From Balanoglossus misakiensis (Eukaryota; Animalia; Hemichordata), in NCBI GenBank assembly GCA_040954595.2, contig CM082584.2:13011237-13075236 (forward strand): DNA of 64,000 nt, written 5' to 3'. The translations under genes and the position numbers were made by a program. Under the pieces are notes generated by a model. It saw only the letters and a program-made list of their open reading frames with translations. It made no database searches and was not told the DNA's origin. Within the stretch, counting starts at the first letter, position 1. The number at the start of each line of letters is the position of its first letter. Positions 12,901-28,100 of the stretch are shown piece after piece.

Positions 12901-14427
12901 CAACCCATTACTCAAGTGTCCTGTCATACAAATTCAATTATTGCTTAGATGTGTGACATGTATAACATTATTTGAATACATCCTGGCCACCAGTATATTT
13001 TTCTTTGTTATGCACGTAAAGCATGTCTTGAAATGATAATGTTGGTGTGTCGTATTGATTTGATGGGAAACATTGACTTGTTCTTGGAGCACAATGTGAG
13101 GGCAGTGTTCATAGATTTGTACGTTTGCGAATTTGTGCAGCATTTACAAGCATGCAAATCTCTGCTCGCAAATGTACCTCGTAAATGTATGTCGGCAGTT
13201 ATTCTGACAAAGAGTTCACTAGCTACAGAGTTTGGCGAATAAATGAGAGATGACTTTGGTCTGGATTCTCAGTGGAAGTGCCCTTGTTTTTCATACATAC
13301 ATGTACTACCAGAATCCCCCCTCAGCTCAAAGTCTTCAATCCCAGGCTCTCTTCCCCTAAAGTGATTAAAGTGAACAATTGCACCCAATGTGACGCCAAA
13401 CATAAAATAGAAATTCAATGGCCCAGCAGGTTTAGGGCTCCACCATTTGCATATAACCGGCATGAGTATCGCAGTTGATTAGCATGGCTGAAATTGACAA
13501 AGAACTACGCATTGTCGACTATTGTCGCCTAAACACAATAGGCTGTCAGCTCGCACCCTAGATCCGACACCAAAACAGAAGAGCGTTGAGTATCGCAACA
13601 CGCACGGAGTGAAATTTGCCAGGAATTTGCGTTTAAAAGTGTGATGTTTCCAGTAGTCTACTTTTACAGAGCTCATTCAAAGGTCAGTCATTGGAGATCA
13701 CAAGAGAATGGATCTCTTTTGTGATATTTGAGTGTTATAGAGGTGTATTCATCCCCCTTGCCTGTACAATTTTTGTAGTGTTAGTCCGTCATCCTTAGTA
13801 GCATGCAATTTCCATAGATTCCGGTACCAGATGTAAGCAAGCAAGTCCAAGTGCGGTTTTCTTCCCGCATATTTTCACACCCGCAGTTAAAGCTTTGCAT
13901 TATACATTTAGTGTGTTTTTTAAACTGATTACAATAGGGCACAGGGGTGTGTGTAATTCAACAATGAGGGAGGTACTGATGATGCATATAAATGTTGAGA
14001 CCCAAATCCAAAACAGTGCACAGGGTTTTCTGTAAGCCTGGGAAGGTTGGACTCAAATTTCAATGTAAATTCGTGTTGAGATTTATACATGTCGGTCGGG
14101 GCGCGCGTGTGTGTGCATGCGTGAATGTGCGCGCACACACAGATGTGTGTTGTTTTGAGATTAAGTCTTGCCTTGTATGAACACAAAGACCGGGCGGGCT
14201 TGATTATGGGGATTCTGTGTGCGTAAGACAGCTACAATGATGTCATGCAGGCTGTACACATTTATGGTGAGTCTGTACAGCAGTGTAACAGTCTTGACAA
14301 ATTTAATCTTCATGATAGCGTTCCAGGCGAGATCTGTACATCTGCAGTGTTCATAAGAATAGAAACATTATCTGTGGTTAATTACAAGGTTAGTTTCTCA
14401 TGTTTGCCAACAAAGAGCAGGTGACTG

Positions 14428-14481
14428 ACAGGACCCCCTCCCCTTCCAACAAATTATTTGGGGGGAGGGGAAATGTCCTGT
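14428..14481. mobile_element. Short hairpin / MITE-like inverted repeat
   Basis: ACAGGAC-CCCCTCCCC..CCAA loop TTGG-GGGGAGGGG..GTCCTGT. Its termini resemble the element at 43091. Confidence 0.4.
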
Positions 14482-17400
14482 AGAGGAAGCAACTTCAAAT
14501 GTTTAACCTGAAATTGTGCCAATTTGCTACTTATAATTGCCCAATTAAAGTAGTTGATATAGTTATTAGCAGCTATTATATCTGCTATTGTGATCATCTT
14601 GTATTCTTAAAGAGGGTCAGCTGGTTACCCTTGAGAACTGTCTTGGTCCCTTGGGGAGTCTGGCAACTGTCTCTAGGGACAACTGGTCTTTAAAAGTGTC
14701 CTTGATTTATATCTTCTCTGCTATAGGGAGTATAGTTTGTAGATTCTTGAAGTATTGTTGTATCATACATACATGTACATATACCGGTACCTTGTAGTCT
14801 GTTAGTCAGATTCCTTTTGTGGTCATTTTTGTTTGTCTTCTTGTTTTACTTTTATGACTTCGCAGTTTTGGCCTGGCAGATTTAATCACCTAGATGGGAA
14901 ATTAGTCAGTCATGATATAACCGACAAAAGCCTTATGGACAAAAGAAGTTGCTTTGGCTGTTTGAAGCCCGACAAGTCACAAGGCCATTTCATTATCAGA
15001 AACTGACAAACAGGAATCGTTCCCATGCCTTTGGAATTGTTGGTCATGAGATCATTAGAATTTGTTTTGTTGAAAAGTGACCAAAATGTAACAAGGATCT
15101 AGGAAAACAAATGTATGCATGTATGTTGGTGTCATACTCCAAAAGTATAAAAGCACAAACAGCGAACAAGAGATGACTTGAACCTGTATGTCTGCAGGGA
15201 CAATCACATTTAACAGGCTTGGACTTGCTGTCAGAGTGCTTTTTACTTGATGCATGTCAAAGACATACCACTGCACTGTGTGATAGCAGCTAAACCCATC
15301 TAGGTCTCTCTGCTAATCAAGTCATCAGATATTCAAAGTCAATACACTTTTTGTGGAGTACTGTGCCTGTTGTCCAAAAGGCCGACTTTGAACATAAAAA
15401 GTGTTGACAGTCTATCTCCTGCAGTTCAATTTATGAGCTACTTAATCTGTTGATTGCATTGCTGTGAATAGCCTGAATGTCTTTTAAAATAGACCATTAA
15501 CAGATACTCCATGTGAGTTTGTTTCATTTTGCCGGTACTTGGTAACCATAGAAACCAATGCAACTACAAGTTCATTTATTTCAAGATTACATAAATGACA
15601 GTTAGCTGCTGATGTTTATCGTAGTGTCTTGCCAGTTTTTGATGCTGGAAGCTTTGTCTTCTGAAAAGCCATTGCTATGAGAGATACATGTATGTAGAAT
15701 GCAAATAATTTTATGACAGTGAATAGTGCATGAGTAACTGAATGGTGTCATTAATTTTAAGTGACGTTTATGGAACTTTGAATATTAAAATTAAAAATTA
15801 TGATATTAAAGTGAATGAAATAGATTGCAAGATGTGTAGGCAATGTATCATTTAATCACCAAATGTCTTTCTCTGCATGTAACTACAGAATTGTCGTTCT
15901 TCAGTGTGGCCAGAATCGGGATTTGGCGTATGCTTTTTTTTCTGTTCTTCGTACACGTATGGCGTATACCGTTTGTCATTGAACATGCGTACAGAGCTAG
16001 AGGGCCCCATATAATGTTTACATTTTGCCTTTGACAAGTTAAGGAGATCATTTACTGCCTTATTTGGAACGACGAACATGAGGTAATGTCGGTAAGTGTG
16101 GGCGCATTGAAATTACTACGTATAGTGGAGGTCACGATGTTTTTTTTGTGTGAGATGAAAGAGTTTGGTCCTCTCAAAGTTTTATCACAATGTGGAACCA
16201 CAAAACAGAATAGTTCATGTTATTGTGTGCTATTAAGATGTTCGAATTACGGTGAAAACAAAGGATCGGTATTGATTAGTCATTTCGTGACTGTGTGAAG
16301 TACCCGTCGAGGGGTGACATCCCTGTAAATAATTCAGTGTTCCAAAGAAGGGCTCTGTGAGCCGCTACCTTTTCGGCTGCGATCCAAACAAGTATACATG
16401 TATTGAAGTAAATGGTTGCTTTATTTTGGCATGTGAGTTCTGGACCATCATCGTCTTGGCAAGACAGAGCTAGACTGCTGGTATTCGTATAATCGGCTGA
16501 CGTGAGACAGGTTGGTGATAATCACTATCAGTGCTCAGTTTGTCTTTGCTTTTCACTTTATTATAGTTTTATTTAAAGGTGTGCGAGTAAGACCCATGTT
16601 AAAACTGTATACTGGTATCTCAATGTACATTGTAGACTTTAATACTTCAAGGTTTAAATACAGTGTCCGTCAAATGTTGCTGTGTAAAGATAACCATGAT
16701 AAGAGGGTTTGTCTCTAAATTTATAAATGTATTAAACTTGATTGTTTTTGCTGTAAAACTGTAGAAAATCAGGGAAGGAAAGTAAAAAGGTCTTTTAGGT
16801 GTTTGTAAAGGTCATACATGTATCACTTTTTTTCTCTGGTTTGGTTCTGGGACAGTGTGTATTGATAACTGGGCAGCGAATACTAATATATTGTTAAAGG
16901 ATCTGTGCTTACAATAAGCCCATAACTGTCCAAGGCACACCTTTGGGTTTGTGTTACCTTTGTGTTTGCCAACTTAGATCCCATTCGGAAATCGGTGAGA
17001 AGGTCACTGGCGTGAGAGTACATTGGGTGTTCGGCCGTAGAAAGAATTCCTGGAGTTGTGTTTGCAATTCATACATGCAGTAATGCACCTGTATTTCTTG
17101 GTACATGTATTTTCAGCAGTATGTTTTTTCTGTGTATCCTGCACAGTGTAGGTTTGTATGTCACTTCTCACTGAACAATGGTTAAAGTTGATTGCGAACT
17201 AGACTTGGTTATAACTGTGACATTAATCTGCCAAGTCAGTAAGAAAAGAAAAATGGCACACAATCACCAAATCTGACAAGACCTTGTGATTTCCCTTTGT
17301 GGCACAGTTATATCAACTTAAGACCGACCAGCGATAAAATTCCATGGAATAAAAGCCACAATGGAAGATACAGGGGTATAAAATCTCCATGTTTTGTGAA

Positions 17401-18958
17401 GGAAATTCTAAGTAGGGGATTAACAGCCAAACATTAAATGTGGTGGACCAGAGTGTCAAGAGTGAATAAAAGTCACAAAAGTGCGAAAACATCACAATGT
17501 TCATGATCATCATCTGTTACGGAATACAAGGACAGGTAGTCTATGTCTTGAAAAGCTGGATTTGGATAAGGTTGCATGGTCAGGGATCTGGGTAGCAGAT
17601 CAAGAAATCCATCATCTTCTCTGCCTGCTTTGAATGCCAAGTATATAATCAGATGAGATGGAGGGGGAGGGGTATCAGACTATCACATACATTTTTAAGT
17701 CGACCCAGTGAGGGTAACAAAAGGACAGCCCATGTGAAAATGATACCTGAAGTACATTTCTGTTAATGGTTGATTTTTCAAGAGTCGATTCTACAAGTTG
17801 GAAAGTGTATAGGTGCTGTGCCTCAAAACTTGCAAGGCCAGAACATGTCAACATGAACTTGTTGCTATGCCAAGGTCAATGTAAACATGTTTCTAGTGGC
17901 AGTCAAGTGTGAACTGTCTCACAAGTTTATGGCTGTACCTGGTATTGTTTTTTTAAACTGAAATGAAGATCATGCCAATTTTGACCACATTCATCAGTAG
18001 AACTAGACAACCCCCTCATCTATCTTTCTCCGATTGCTAATGAGAGAAGCATAATTGTCCTGGCAAAGATAACGCTTGATTAGCTAAGCATAAACTAGAC
18101 TTGCTTCAGTGCAAGGTTAATAGGTTAGTATCTGAAAATAAGTTAGAAAAATACACAAGCAACTTATGATACAATGCAGGAGAGTGGACAATCTTTTATC
18201 TGCATCCAATGTGTTGAGGATTTGTTTTTGGTTCGGTGTGAAGGTTCCAAGAGAGATTGTGTGATCTTTTGATCCTTAGATGATACGCAAGGTTTAAAAT
18301 GCATGAGCACCTGTTGTGTGGAGGAGGTGAAGACAGGAAAGAACTGTCATGTGATATAGTGTTATTGCTCTCAGAAAGCCACCAAGAAATGTATGTGTAC
18401 ATCATCTGTGCAGAAACTGGAACTGGGCCATTATCTTTATGCTTTGATGACTTTTGATAGTACAGAACAATCAGGAAAACTGACAATAAAAATCATTGAT
18501 TGTGTGGTTGTCAGCTGTCTGCATGTTTCCAGATGTGTTATGATTATGAAGAAGGGTATCACTATCATGATGGACACGAGGGGATGGTACATTGCATATA
18601 CATCACGTCATCCACACACATTTACACACACAGTGCACTCAGTTGTGGGGCGGCCATCTTGGTGGATGCTGGGCTGTTTAATTTGCGCTGCAGACAAAAG
18701 GGTCTGAACCAGGTAAAGAAACTCCTCAAAAGTGGTCATTTTCTCTCTCCTTTTCGGTGCAGGAGATTAGAGTCTGTTGTGTAACTCTCCCGCGCCCTTG
18801 GGACTTCCCTAATCCGGAAGGACGGAAATTCAACACTGTATTAAGATCGTTAAAAGTCTCTTACATAAGTCACTCAATGGGCAATTTCATACACACATGA
18901 CAGGAAATCATTAATATCAATTTGTAGCAACAAAATTCTTTTTTATTTTCATTTGCAG

Positions 18959-19136
18959 GCTTGTTGTATATCAAACTGAAGAAACAAGACACAGAGAAAA
19001 GTGCCAGGAATTTATCCTTGTCGAGTTAAAACACAAACTGCTGATCGTATTTCCAGAGGAAGATTTTGTATTTAATGTTTTCCTGTATCGCAAGACTTTG
19101 AAGAAGAAGAAGATTAAGAGAGCGGCAACATAACAA
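18959..19136 (+). other. Candidate 5' UTR exon
   Basis: ttttttattttcatttgcag acceptor and AA|GTAAGC donor. Purine-rich body with GAAGAA enhancer-like runs. Confidence 0.45.
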
Positions 19137-22100
19137 GTAAGCTTAATTTCTTTTATCTCATTATCTCTTGGACAAGTGTGAACTATGTCCCTAGCACCAT
19201 TCTGTACCACTGCCTGCGGTGGTAATTTAGAATGATATATAATTACTTTGCCTTTTCTGAGACATTTAATTGATTGTTAAGAATAACCTCCACATGGAGT
19301 GATAGGATTTATTCTGCTGGGGGCAGTAATTGTTTACTCGCTGGGACGCCATTTAAGGAGTTTGTTTTTTCTAGGCTATGGCATGCAGTTACCATTTGGA
19401 TAGTCCCTAGATACCCATCTGCTGTGGTATATGTGTGAAACCAGTGACTGGGCACTGTAGTGGCAACATTGAATGTTTGACTGAGTCAGTGTTTCTGTAC
19501 AGAGAACTTAGACTTTTTAGATGAGGAGCAAGCGTTTTAAATCAGCAGACACCTCTCCATTCTTAAGCCTTTCTATTTCTTCATCAAATCCATAAACAGA
19601 ACGATGAATCATCCTTTTGTTAAAACGACCATGACTGTATACATGTGTATGCTTCTAAACCAGTTTGAAGTGTCCAGTATTCAGATCTGATCCTCCACAC
19701 ACCTATATGTATAAGCGACACGGCCATTGTTGACAAATGAATGTAAGCCTGAACTTAATTCAATTGAAGTTTAGACTTGACGTCAATTTTCCACAAGGGC
19801 AGTACACACTAAACAGAAGGGTGTGTTGACAGGTAGAATACTGGATATTTCAACGTGTCAGATAGTTATCCTAAACATCTGTACATTGAATGTGTGCTGG
19901 AATGTGTAACTGGAAAAGAATTTGATGCAATATTTTGTCATAGTAGTGTTGTTACTACTTTCTGTGAAGATCAGCTTGGACGGATAATTTTGGTGTAAGG
20001 AATGCCAGATTCCTTGAAACGTGCCATTGAGGAGGAATCTGCCCTTCAACACATTTAAGAGATGGACATTGAAAATGCAATTTTAAGGAAAATATCCTGT
20101 CCAACTGGCTCACAGTATTTCATTTATGAAGTGCTAGGTCAGCTGAAATAACCCTGTGACCTTGTGTGTCACCAGTCAGCTGTTTTTGTTTAGGCAGTGA
20201 AGTCGTCGAGGCCCACACACTGTTCTTTACGGCCCCCGTCCATATTTAGCATTGTCTAGTCGTGATCCAGACTGTCTGCGTGAAGCAAGCTATTTATAAG
20301 ACTCAGTTGTGTGGTGTGTGAATATAGTGTGACTGTAAGCCTGTAAAATGTGTGATACCTGCTTACGTCATTTACGTCATGCAGGGCGACATCAGTTTGC
20401 GCGGTGTTGTCGCACAACCCCTCTGTTACCGGATTTCTGCTTTTGAATCGGATGCTGAGAGTCCCATGTGTGATTGCAAGAATCAACAGATCGTTATATT
20501 GTCAGAAAAGGCGACTACAGCGACATAAAAGTAAAATTAGTCACGAACTTTGCCATATGCACAGTCCCCAATTGAGTAATTTATTGTCAGACTTTAATGA
20601 GCGATTTTGAGGCCGTCAAGAAGATGTCAAGATTACCATAAATATCTGATGACGATGTTGGAGGAAAGAAGACAAATAGACAGAAAAAAACTGGATAGGG
20701 CAAACTGTAGGCTATCATTACACTTCTAAAAATAACTGACAGTTACTTGTACATGTAAGTGAAATAACATGACCTCTGCCATTACACCCGATAAAAAAAG
20801 ATGAAATATTCACCAGTTGGCAGGGGTAATAATAGACACTATCCCAGCCCACCCTTCTCAATGCAATCTGATGTTGTGATCAATTTTATCAAACCACTGT
20901 AAGTCAAGAAGAAGTGTTCCCTCAGCCTCAATTAAATGTCAGTGATGCACATTTTTTAACACAGTACTAGTTAAATGCATCTGTAGCGAGTTTAATAACT
21001 TTCATACCATGTTAAATAGATTTCCATGGGTAGAAGGGCATCCAGCATTGCAGTCCACTGACTCAGAGGTCAACCTCAAACTGTTTTCAGTGTTACAGTC
21101 TCAGGATGACTGCCACGTATAAGTTCCGATGATGGTTAATATTTTGCCGGGCAATGTGCATTGCATGAAGACCCTTGGGTGAAACCCAGCTTAAGTGTGT
21201 CCTGTGCGTGTGGACGTTATCTGCAAAACTATTAGAGACATATCTTTTCAAGGAAAATAAACTTCAAACCACTTAATACATCTGTCTGGCTATCAACACC
21301 AGCATATTGTCGCTGGTTTGCATTAATCTGGTTCCTATATTTATCTCGGCACGCTTAGTCAGTAACTTGCAAGTGGGCCTGATAGGTTATCGCAGCTGAT
21401 GAGAGGAGAGAGACGGTCACCACGGTAACCCCTCCAGATATGTGAAGAGAGAACCTTGTAAATGTTGTGTAATGCGTGAGATTATTAGTGGGTAAGTGAG
21501 ATTGATACCCTCAATGTGCTGTTACTGACACAAGATAATGTAATGGTCGATTTTTGTCAATTTAGCTTTCAAAGCAGTTGAGAGTTAGGCCCACAAGGCG
21601 GTGATGTTCTTGTTAAAACCCGACACATTTGACGATGCAAGCATATGCTTTTGATAGGTTGTCACGCTATGGGTGAAATGAGTCAAAGCTTGACTCATCT
21701 CTACGTACAGTGGCAGTGCAGAAAATCAAGTATTTTTTTCCTTTTGATAAATTTGCTTCTGAAATGCCTTAAACTGCCTTTCTGCAAATTGATGATGAAA
21801 GGATTGAAATCAATTGCATCTGAGTGTTTCCTGAGTGTGAGGATGGACACTTGAGACTGGTGTGGAGATATTCTTGAAGGTGTTGACGTCAAGACTTACT
21901 CACATGTGACTATAGTGGATTATCTATTGATAGACAGACTGCATGTTAAAGTGTTTGAGTCTGTGTGGTCTGATAGACAAGAAAATACATAACGTATTTA
22001 CTGAAAGAACTGAATATTTCATTTGGATGTTCTACCTGTGTGTTCTTATGGTAAACTCATTCACAATTTCTCCAGCTGCCAGAAGTCTGTCTTCACACTC

Positions 22101-25100
22101 CATCTTTCCAAAGCCTAATGATGACTGGAATTTGCATCATCAGTTTGAAATGTTAATCACAGCCTACCCGAGCACATATTTACCCAGTGCTCACTGAAAT
22201 CAGATCGTTATACTCGTAACACCACACAACATGGTCCAGGCCAGCTAGATCTGCATCAGTGTCTTACACTCAGCCTGTGAATCAAGTCTTTCGTGAAAGT
22301 GTTTCCATGGTGATCTGTTACTTTCTTATTGTTTACCCATTCTCCTTTGTCGAACCCAATCACGGTGTATTCAGTCTCGGTTTTGGTGGAACGTGAAATG
22401 TGGAGATGGTGAGTAATCAAAGAGAAGCAAGCACTTCAGGTAAAATTCAATCTTGTATTAAGGGATTTATCGCGGGAAGTTATCACAGATGCTTGTTTAG
22501 CCTACAGGTACTTGCTTTCCTGCTTGACTGACTACCATTCCCAGGTAGTTAGGATTTTCCCAGTGCCCAATCTCTTAATCCGGACATTTCCAGCTTTTTT
22601 TCACCGAAATCTAATTATTTCCTTTCTGTGTTTTTATTACAAACACATGTCCTGTGTTTTCACAAAGACGGTTTCACAGCAATCTTCTCGCAGATGTGAA
22701 TTGTGTGCTTGGCTTGCGAGTGAAATGTTATACCCATCTTTGATTGCAAGGAATGCAACAGCAATTGTGTTTGTTCCACGCAATCCTGATAAAGAATTCC
22801 AGACACGAAGAGTGAGAAAACACAAAATATCAAATTTAATTAAAAGGGTATGCACTTCAATTGTTGATGAAATGGATTTTAATGTTGTACCAAGCCCTTT
22901 CACAAATTTTACAGTCATAATATTTTTCTTGTCTCGATCATGTTACTCTTGCAGTGAAATACTAAATGACACTTGTATCATATCTGTATACTTGACGAAA
23001 ATATGAATTCAAGATAATTTTAGTCTACAGGAGAACAGAATGGCATGTCGGGACAAATTTGTGAAATTCTAGAGACAGATGTGACACATGTGTACTCGTG
23101 AGTTGGAAGTGACTACGATGTGATTTGGTTTGAAGAGTAACTAGTAGTTGTTTGTGTAAAAATGCCGAGGCTGAGAGAAACATGGTTTGTGTCCGCTTGT
23201 ATGACAGGTGTTCAGATCTACAATAATTTATTGAAGCAGTCAAAGAGGTATAAGTAACATGAAATGTCCAAAATCCATAAAATTGGTATTTCTTTGTTTG
23301 ACCAACATGCACACCAGGTGTACAAATTTACGCTTCTTGACAATTTGTTAGGATTCAGTTTGATCAGTGATCTGACAACATACATGGGCAAGCTCTGTCT
23401 GTACAATGAGTACTGATGTTGGAAATCTCCGTTTGGGCTCCTTGAGATAGATTTGTTTCTAAATTGGCTCTCTGAAGTTGACATGTACACTGCCACCTCT
23501 CATTTGGCGACACCACTTTACTTTCTTGTCCAAATTAGATTTTCCGACACCACTGGGTCCTCTGCGATTTCACTCACGTCACACGTGTCATTTGATTCGC
23601 CCGAGAGGCTTTTGAGGATTAGCATCTTGCCGTGGGCAATAACTTTGACGCGTAGCTACTGGGTCACCTGAGACTCTGGCAACCTCCTCTGTAAAGAGAT
23701 ATTTGAAATTTAACACTTGAGGCCTAAACAATGTTCCTACACAGTACTATTGTTGTTAATCAAGGGATTTTGTTAGTTTATGAGGTCTCCCATGCGGTGC
23801 TCTTGACAGCCGAGAGCTTGTCCTGGTGAGGCCATGAACTTATTTCAGGCCTCTAGAACTTTGCCAGACATCTTTGAGACCAGCTTACATTTTACTGGTC
23901 TTTGTCATCCAAGTATGTTTATCATCCTCCCTGTGATGATAAAATTATTGCATTTGTTAATGTTGCAAATGTAATGTGAACAACACTCATTTCCACTGCG
24001 CACAGGATGGAAAGATTGGTTTGTCTCTCTGGGATCTTTTGTCCAAAACTAACCTTGACTGCAGGACCCATATCTTGAACTGCAGTAATAGTGTGTTGTA
24101 TGTATACACTGTAATTTCTTTGGGCATTTTGTGAACCAGGACCCCCAGGTAGATCAGGATTAGGGTTTCAGTTAAGTAAACATGTCATGTACAATGTTGG
24201 TAACAATATAGCTCTATTTGGATCTAAGGTCATGGTCAGTGGCCCGCCCTGTCTGAGGAGAGTTGAAACACGGTTTTATTTGGGCTGGACTTCACCTATT
24301 CACCCTTGTCACATTATAATTCTGAGAGTTATTAGTGGTACATTGAAAATGTCACATTTGAAACAAACATCTTTAATGTAATGTTAGAATATACCATTAA
24401 AATGTACATACATATTAATATACATGTACATGTGTAGTTATTAAAGTGTTCCTGTTGTTAAACATTTGATACTTTAATAGGGGCAATAATTCTAGCTTGA
24501 TTCATTTGGAATGTTGATTTCATTCCCTATAAATAGGAATTAAAACACTTTGATGTTGGTTACTGTACGAACCCAAACTGACTGATGGGGGCTATCGCAA
24601 GAGAAAAGGCCCTTATTCATGGATTTGGCGATTTGAATTGTTGTCATATATTTTGATAGCGCTCATATTTTTCCTATCAAAATACGACAATAACTCAAAA
24701 CAGCGACATCCTTGGATAAGAACCCTTTTCGCCTGTAGAGACCCACTGACACCAAACACAATATGAAGAGGAATGCGTGGCACGTTAAATGACACGGAAG
24801 TTGCGACTAAGATCACCTTGAACTTGAAGTCACGTTGTCTCCAGGAACAATGATTTCCTTAGAATTATTTGGTGTTATTAACTAAGCTTCATTAGCTAAA
24901 TACAAGAAAGTGGAGACCCTCCCAGAATCTGTAATCTCATAATGGCTGCACAATGAGCTTTTGAGTTCCCGCTGTTTGGATCGACTATGTAGCCCCGCCC
25001 AGATAAGTAAACTTTGCACACCAGCTGGTCTGTGTGGCAGACTCCAGATCTGTTTGACAACACAAATGAGGTCAACAACAAAACAAAAGCCGGTGGTTGT

Positions 25101-28100
25101 GTTCCATTGCTGTCTGTAACACAGTCCTCAAAACAGTTCGGTGTTTTCCACTCGTGCATAGCGACTGACCCTCTACATCTTGTGTTTCTTGTCAACTCGC
25201 AGGCCTGGTGAAAATCCTGTCAGACATTGACAAGAGCAGCTTATTGCAAGTGGATCATCAGGCTAGCAAGATTATTCTGGCTCTGTAGGACATTGCTGTA
25301 CCACATACAAGAAGTGAACCTATATTATATATACAGACAAGTGCAAGAAATACTTTCTGAAGTAAGTGATATTCCACATTCAAACGGTCATTTTTTTCGC
25401 TCATGTTTGTTTCTTTTTCAGGCATATCTGAACAGGAGAACCAAGATGATTAATTTTTTAATCCCTGGAAATAACTTGAGTTTAATTACAGGAATCACAG
25501 AACATAGGCTGCTAGGAAACGCTTGAAATACAGGGTGGGGTACACACGGTTGTTAATGCAGATCTGGTGGATTATTTCTCCCTTCCTATTGCCCCGTCGA
25601 CCTTTAAACTGGCTACACCCACTTTTATTATTAGCCCAATGTGTTTGCATATGGATACAGTTAGTACCACATTAGTGGGCCATCAGAAAGAGCAACATTT
25701 TGACAGTTTTGTTTGCAAGTAATAAACTGGAGAGGATGATAGATTGTCATCGCATCAGAGAAAGCTGTTTCCTCATTGAGATAGAGCTTTGATTCGAACA
25801 AGTCAGACATAACCTGTCTTAACCTCACTTTTGTTCGAGGGAGCCCAACTGTCGGAGGAGGTTTTTGACGTTATCACAATTTATGTCAGCAATTGCCCTA
25901 AATACTGAAGGGTGACAGGACCACCCAGATCAAAACACCCAGGTGCTATACAATGTGGTCATGTTACAAAAGGTGTGTGCCCCAGATCTTGCTGAACCAC
26001 AGAAGTGCCAGAACTGTACTGACTTGGATAAACATTACAAACTTGAAAGTCATTGACAGATGATAAATTTTACATGCATAAGTGACATCCATATCAGACA
26101 CTTCCATCATCGGAGCTATGGACTTTGTATCCTTGAATTGTCTTGAGTGCATCTTGCAGTTGCAGTCTGTGTGTTTCATCTCTTCGTGTTGACACTTAAC
26201 TGATGAATTATCCGGACAGCAAACTACCTAGCCACTTCATTGATGATATCAAGACTTTGGCGGATAATTACAAGACTTATTACAAGACATTAATGTATTT
26301 GAACTGGAAATGACTTCATCAGATCTGATGTCACTTCAGAGGTGACAAGGTAAACATTACTACCCATCGAGCTTTGGCGCCTTCAGATCCAATTTTGATG
26401 TAAAGTGTTACATTTGATGTCACCTGTAGAAACGAAGTGTTTCTGAATCAGTAATTTGCCAAGCAATGTCGAGATGTAGTCAAGAGATTGGCTGGGATGC
26501 ATCCTGTCTGGATAGTTTTACCCCACATGTTTTGTAACTTTTTCATTCAGAATTTTTTGTAGATGCATGTTGACGGGACAATTCAGAGTCTTCACCAACT
26601 GGTCAAACAAAACCCATCTGATATTGAAATATTTTAAACCTTGATTAAATACATCATACGTGAGGGAATTTCAGTGCCACAAGGTCCCAGAGCAAACTCA
26701 AGTATTAATCGATATTTTTGGGTCACAAAATATTTGAAATTTCCCTCATGATCAGAGGTTACGTATGTCAAACTGGATTTCGTTGACAGAGGCTAAGATC
26801 AAAGGCTTCAACATTTTTCTAGTCCATTTTTAACAGTTCTGTGCATCTGACTCTTGACCTCAAACTAACTGTGAAAATTACCACAGTATCAGCAAGTATG
26901 CACAAATATTGATGTGGCAATCTGAATTCCCGAAGTCGCTTCTTCAAAGTCCATGATGTTGTGAAGCCAATAGTGAGTGACTGGTCATTAGAATGTTTGC
27001 AGAGTGCTTGTGACTAACATGATATTACAACAGGTATCAGTTCACTGTTTTGTCTTAGCATGGAATGTTAATAGGAACACATGGCACATTTATTTTAGAT
27101 TTAATCCATTGGATTTGATTTATTTCAGCGGAAGGACTGAACAGTTCTGAGTGCCAAGCAAACATGAGAGGGTTTAATTTTTGGGTGTGTAAGTTTTGAT
27201 TCCAAAGTTTCAGCACTGGGTGTCTGGTATGTCCTGCAATGTGGTGAGGGGAAATGTAGAGCATGGTAAAGTTGCCAGGTTATAAATTTAATCGATTGCA
27301 CATAGCGACCCTGTCGACATTATCCTGAGCCAGTTCAGAGCAGAGTTGTCGGTCGCAGACGTTACCTCAGCGGTCAATCAGATATCACGTGGTCTGGTGT
27401 CAATGTCCAATTCTTTTTTTATTGTGGTGAACTTTCTACATCCATTCTCCAGTACCCTGCAAAGGACAGATCAATCACACAGGCTACCTAAGAACATTGT
27501 GGAGATGGAGATGGGTTAAAGAGACACAGTCTCTGACTTTTTGGTTTAGATTCTTTTGATACATGAAATCAGGACCAAGACATAACCGTGAAGTCACCTT
27601 GGAAATCAGGTCATTCTGCGTCTTGGGATTTGCCATACAACCACCAATGCAATAATATCAAATAATCATCACATATCCAGTGACGTTTGATACAAATCGC
27701 ATCGATGTGGATTGTCATACAAAAAAAGTAAATATCTGGATGACAATTCATAATGAAAGAGAAGATTAGTAATCTGTCTTCCTTGGAGTCTATCACCATG
27801 GTGGATAAAACCTGAATCTTCAAGCTTTTCAATTATTAAAACCTCCATGATAGAGATTACCAGGCTCTTGTTGCAGTGAAATAGTCAGTCTGTATGTATT
27901 CGACAAGATTATCACAAACTGCAGAAGATCCCGGATCTGGTGATAGACGATTTGTGATGTGAACTGATTTGAAGATTCTGAAATGGGGGCAGGCCTGCAG
28001 AACATTTAACCAAAAGATCTAGTCAGTGAGTGGACCATGGAACAGACAACCACTGAGGCTCGTCTACGCTTCTAAGTTGACTCAGCAAAAAAGGACATTT

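Noticed and set aside
14095-14150. Alternating purine-pyrimidine tract (GCGCGCGTGTGTGTGCATGCG...), potential Z-DNA
   Set aside because: It is a short, interrupted microsatellite-like sequence of a common kind, with no supporting context.
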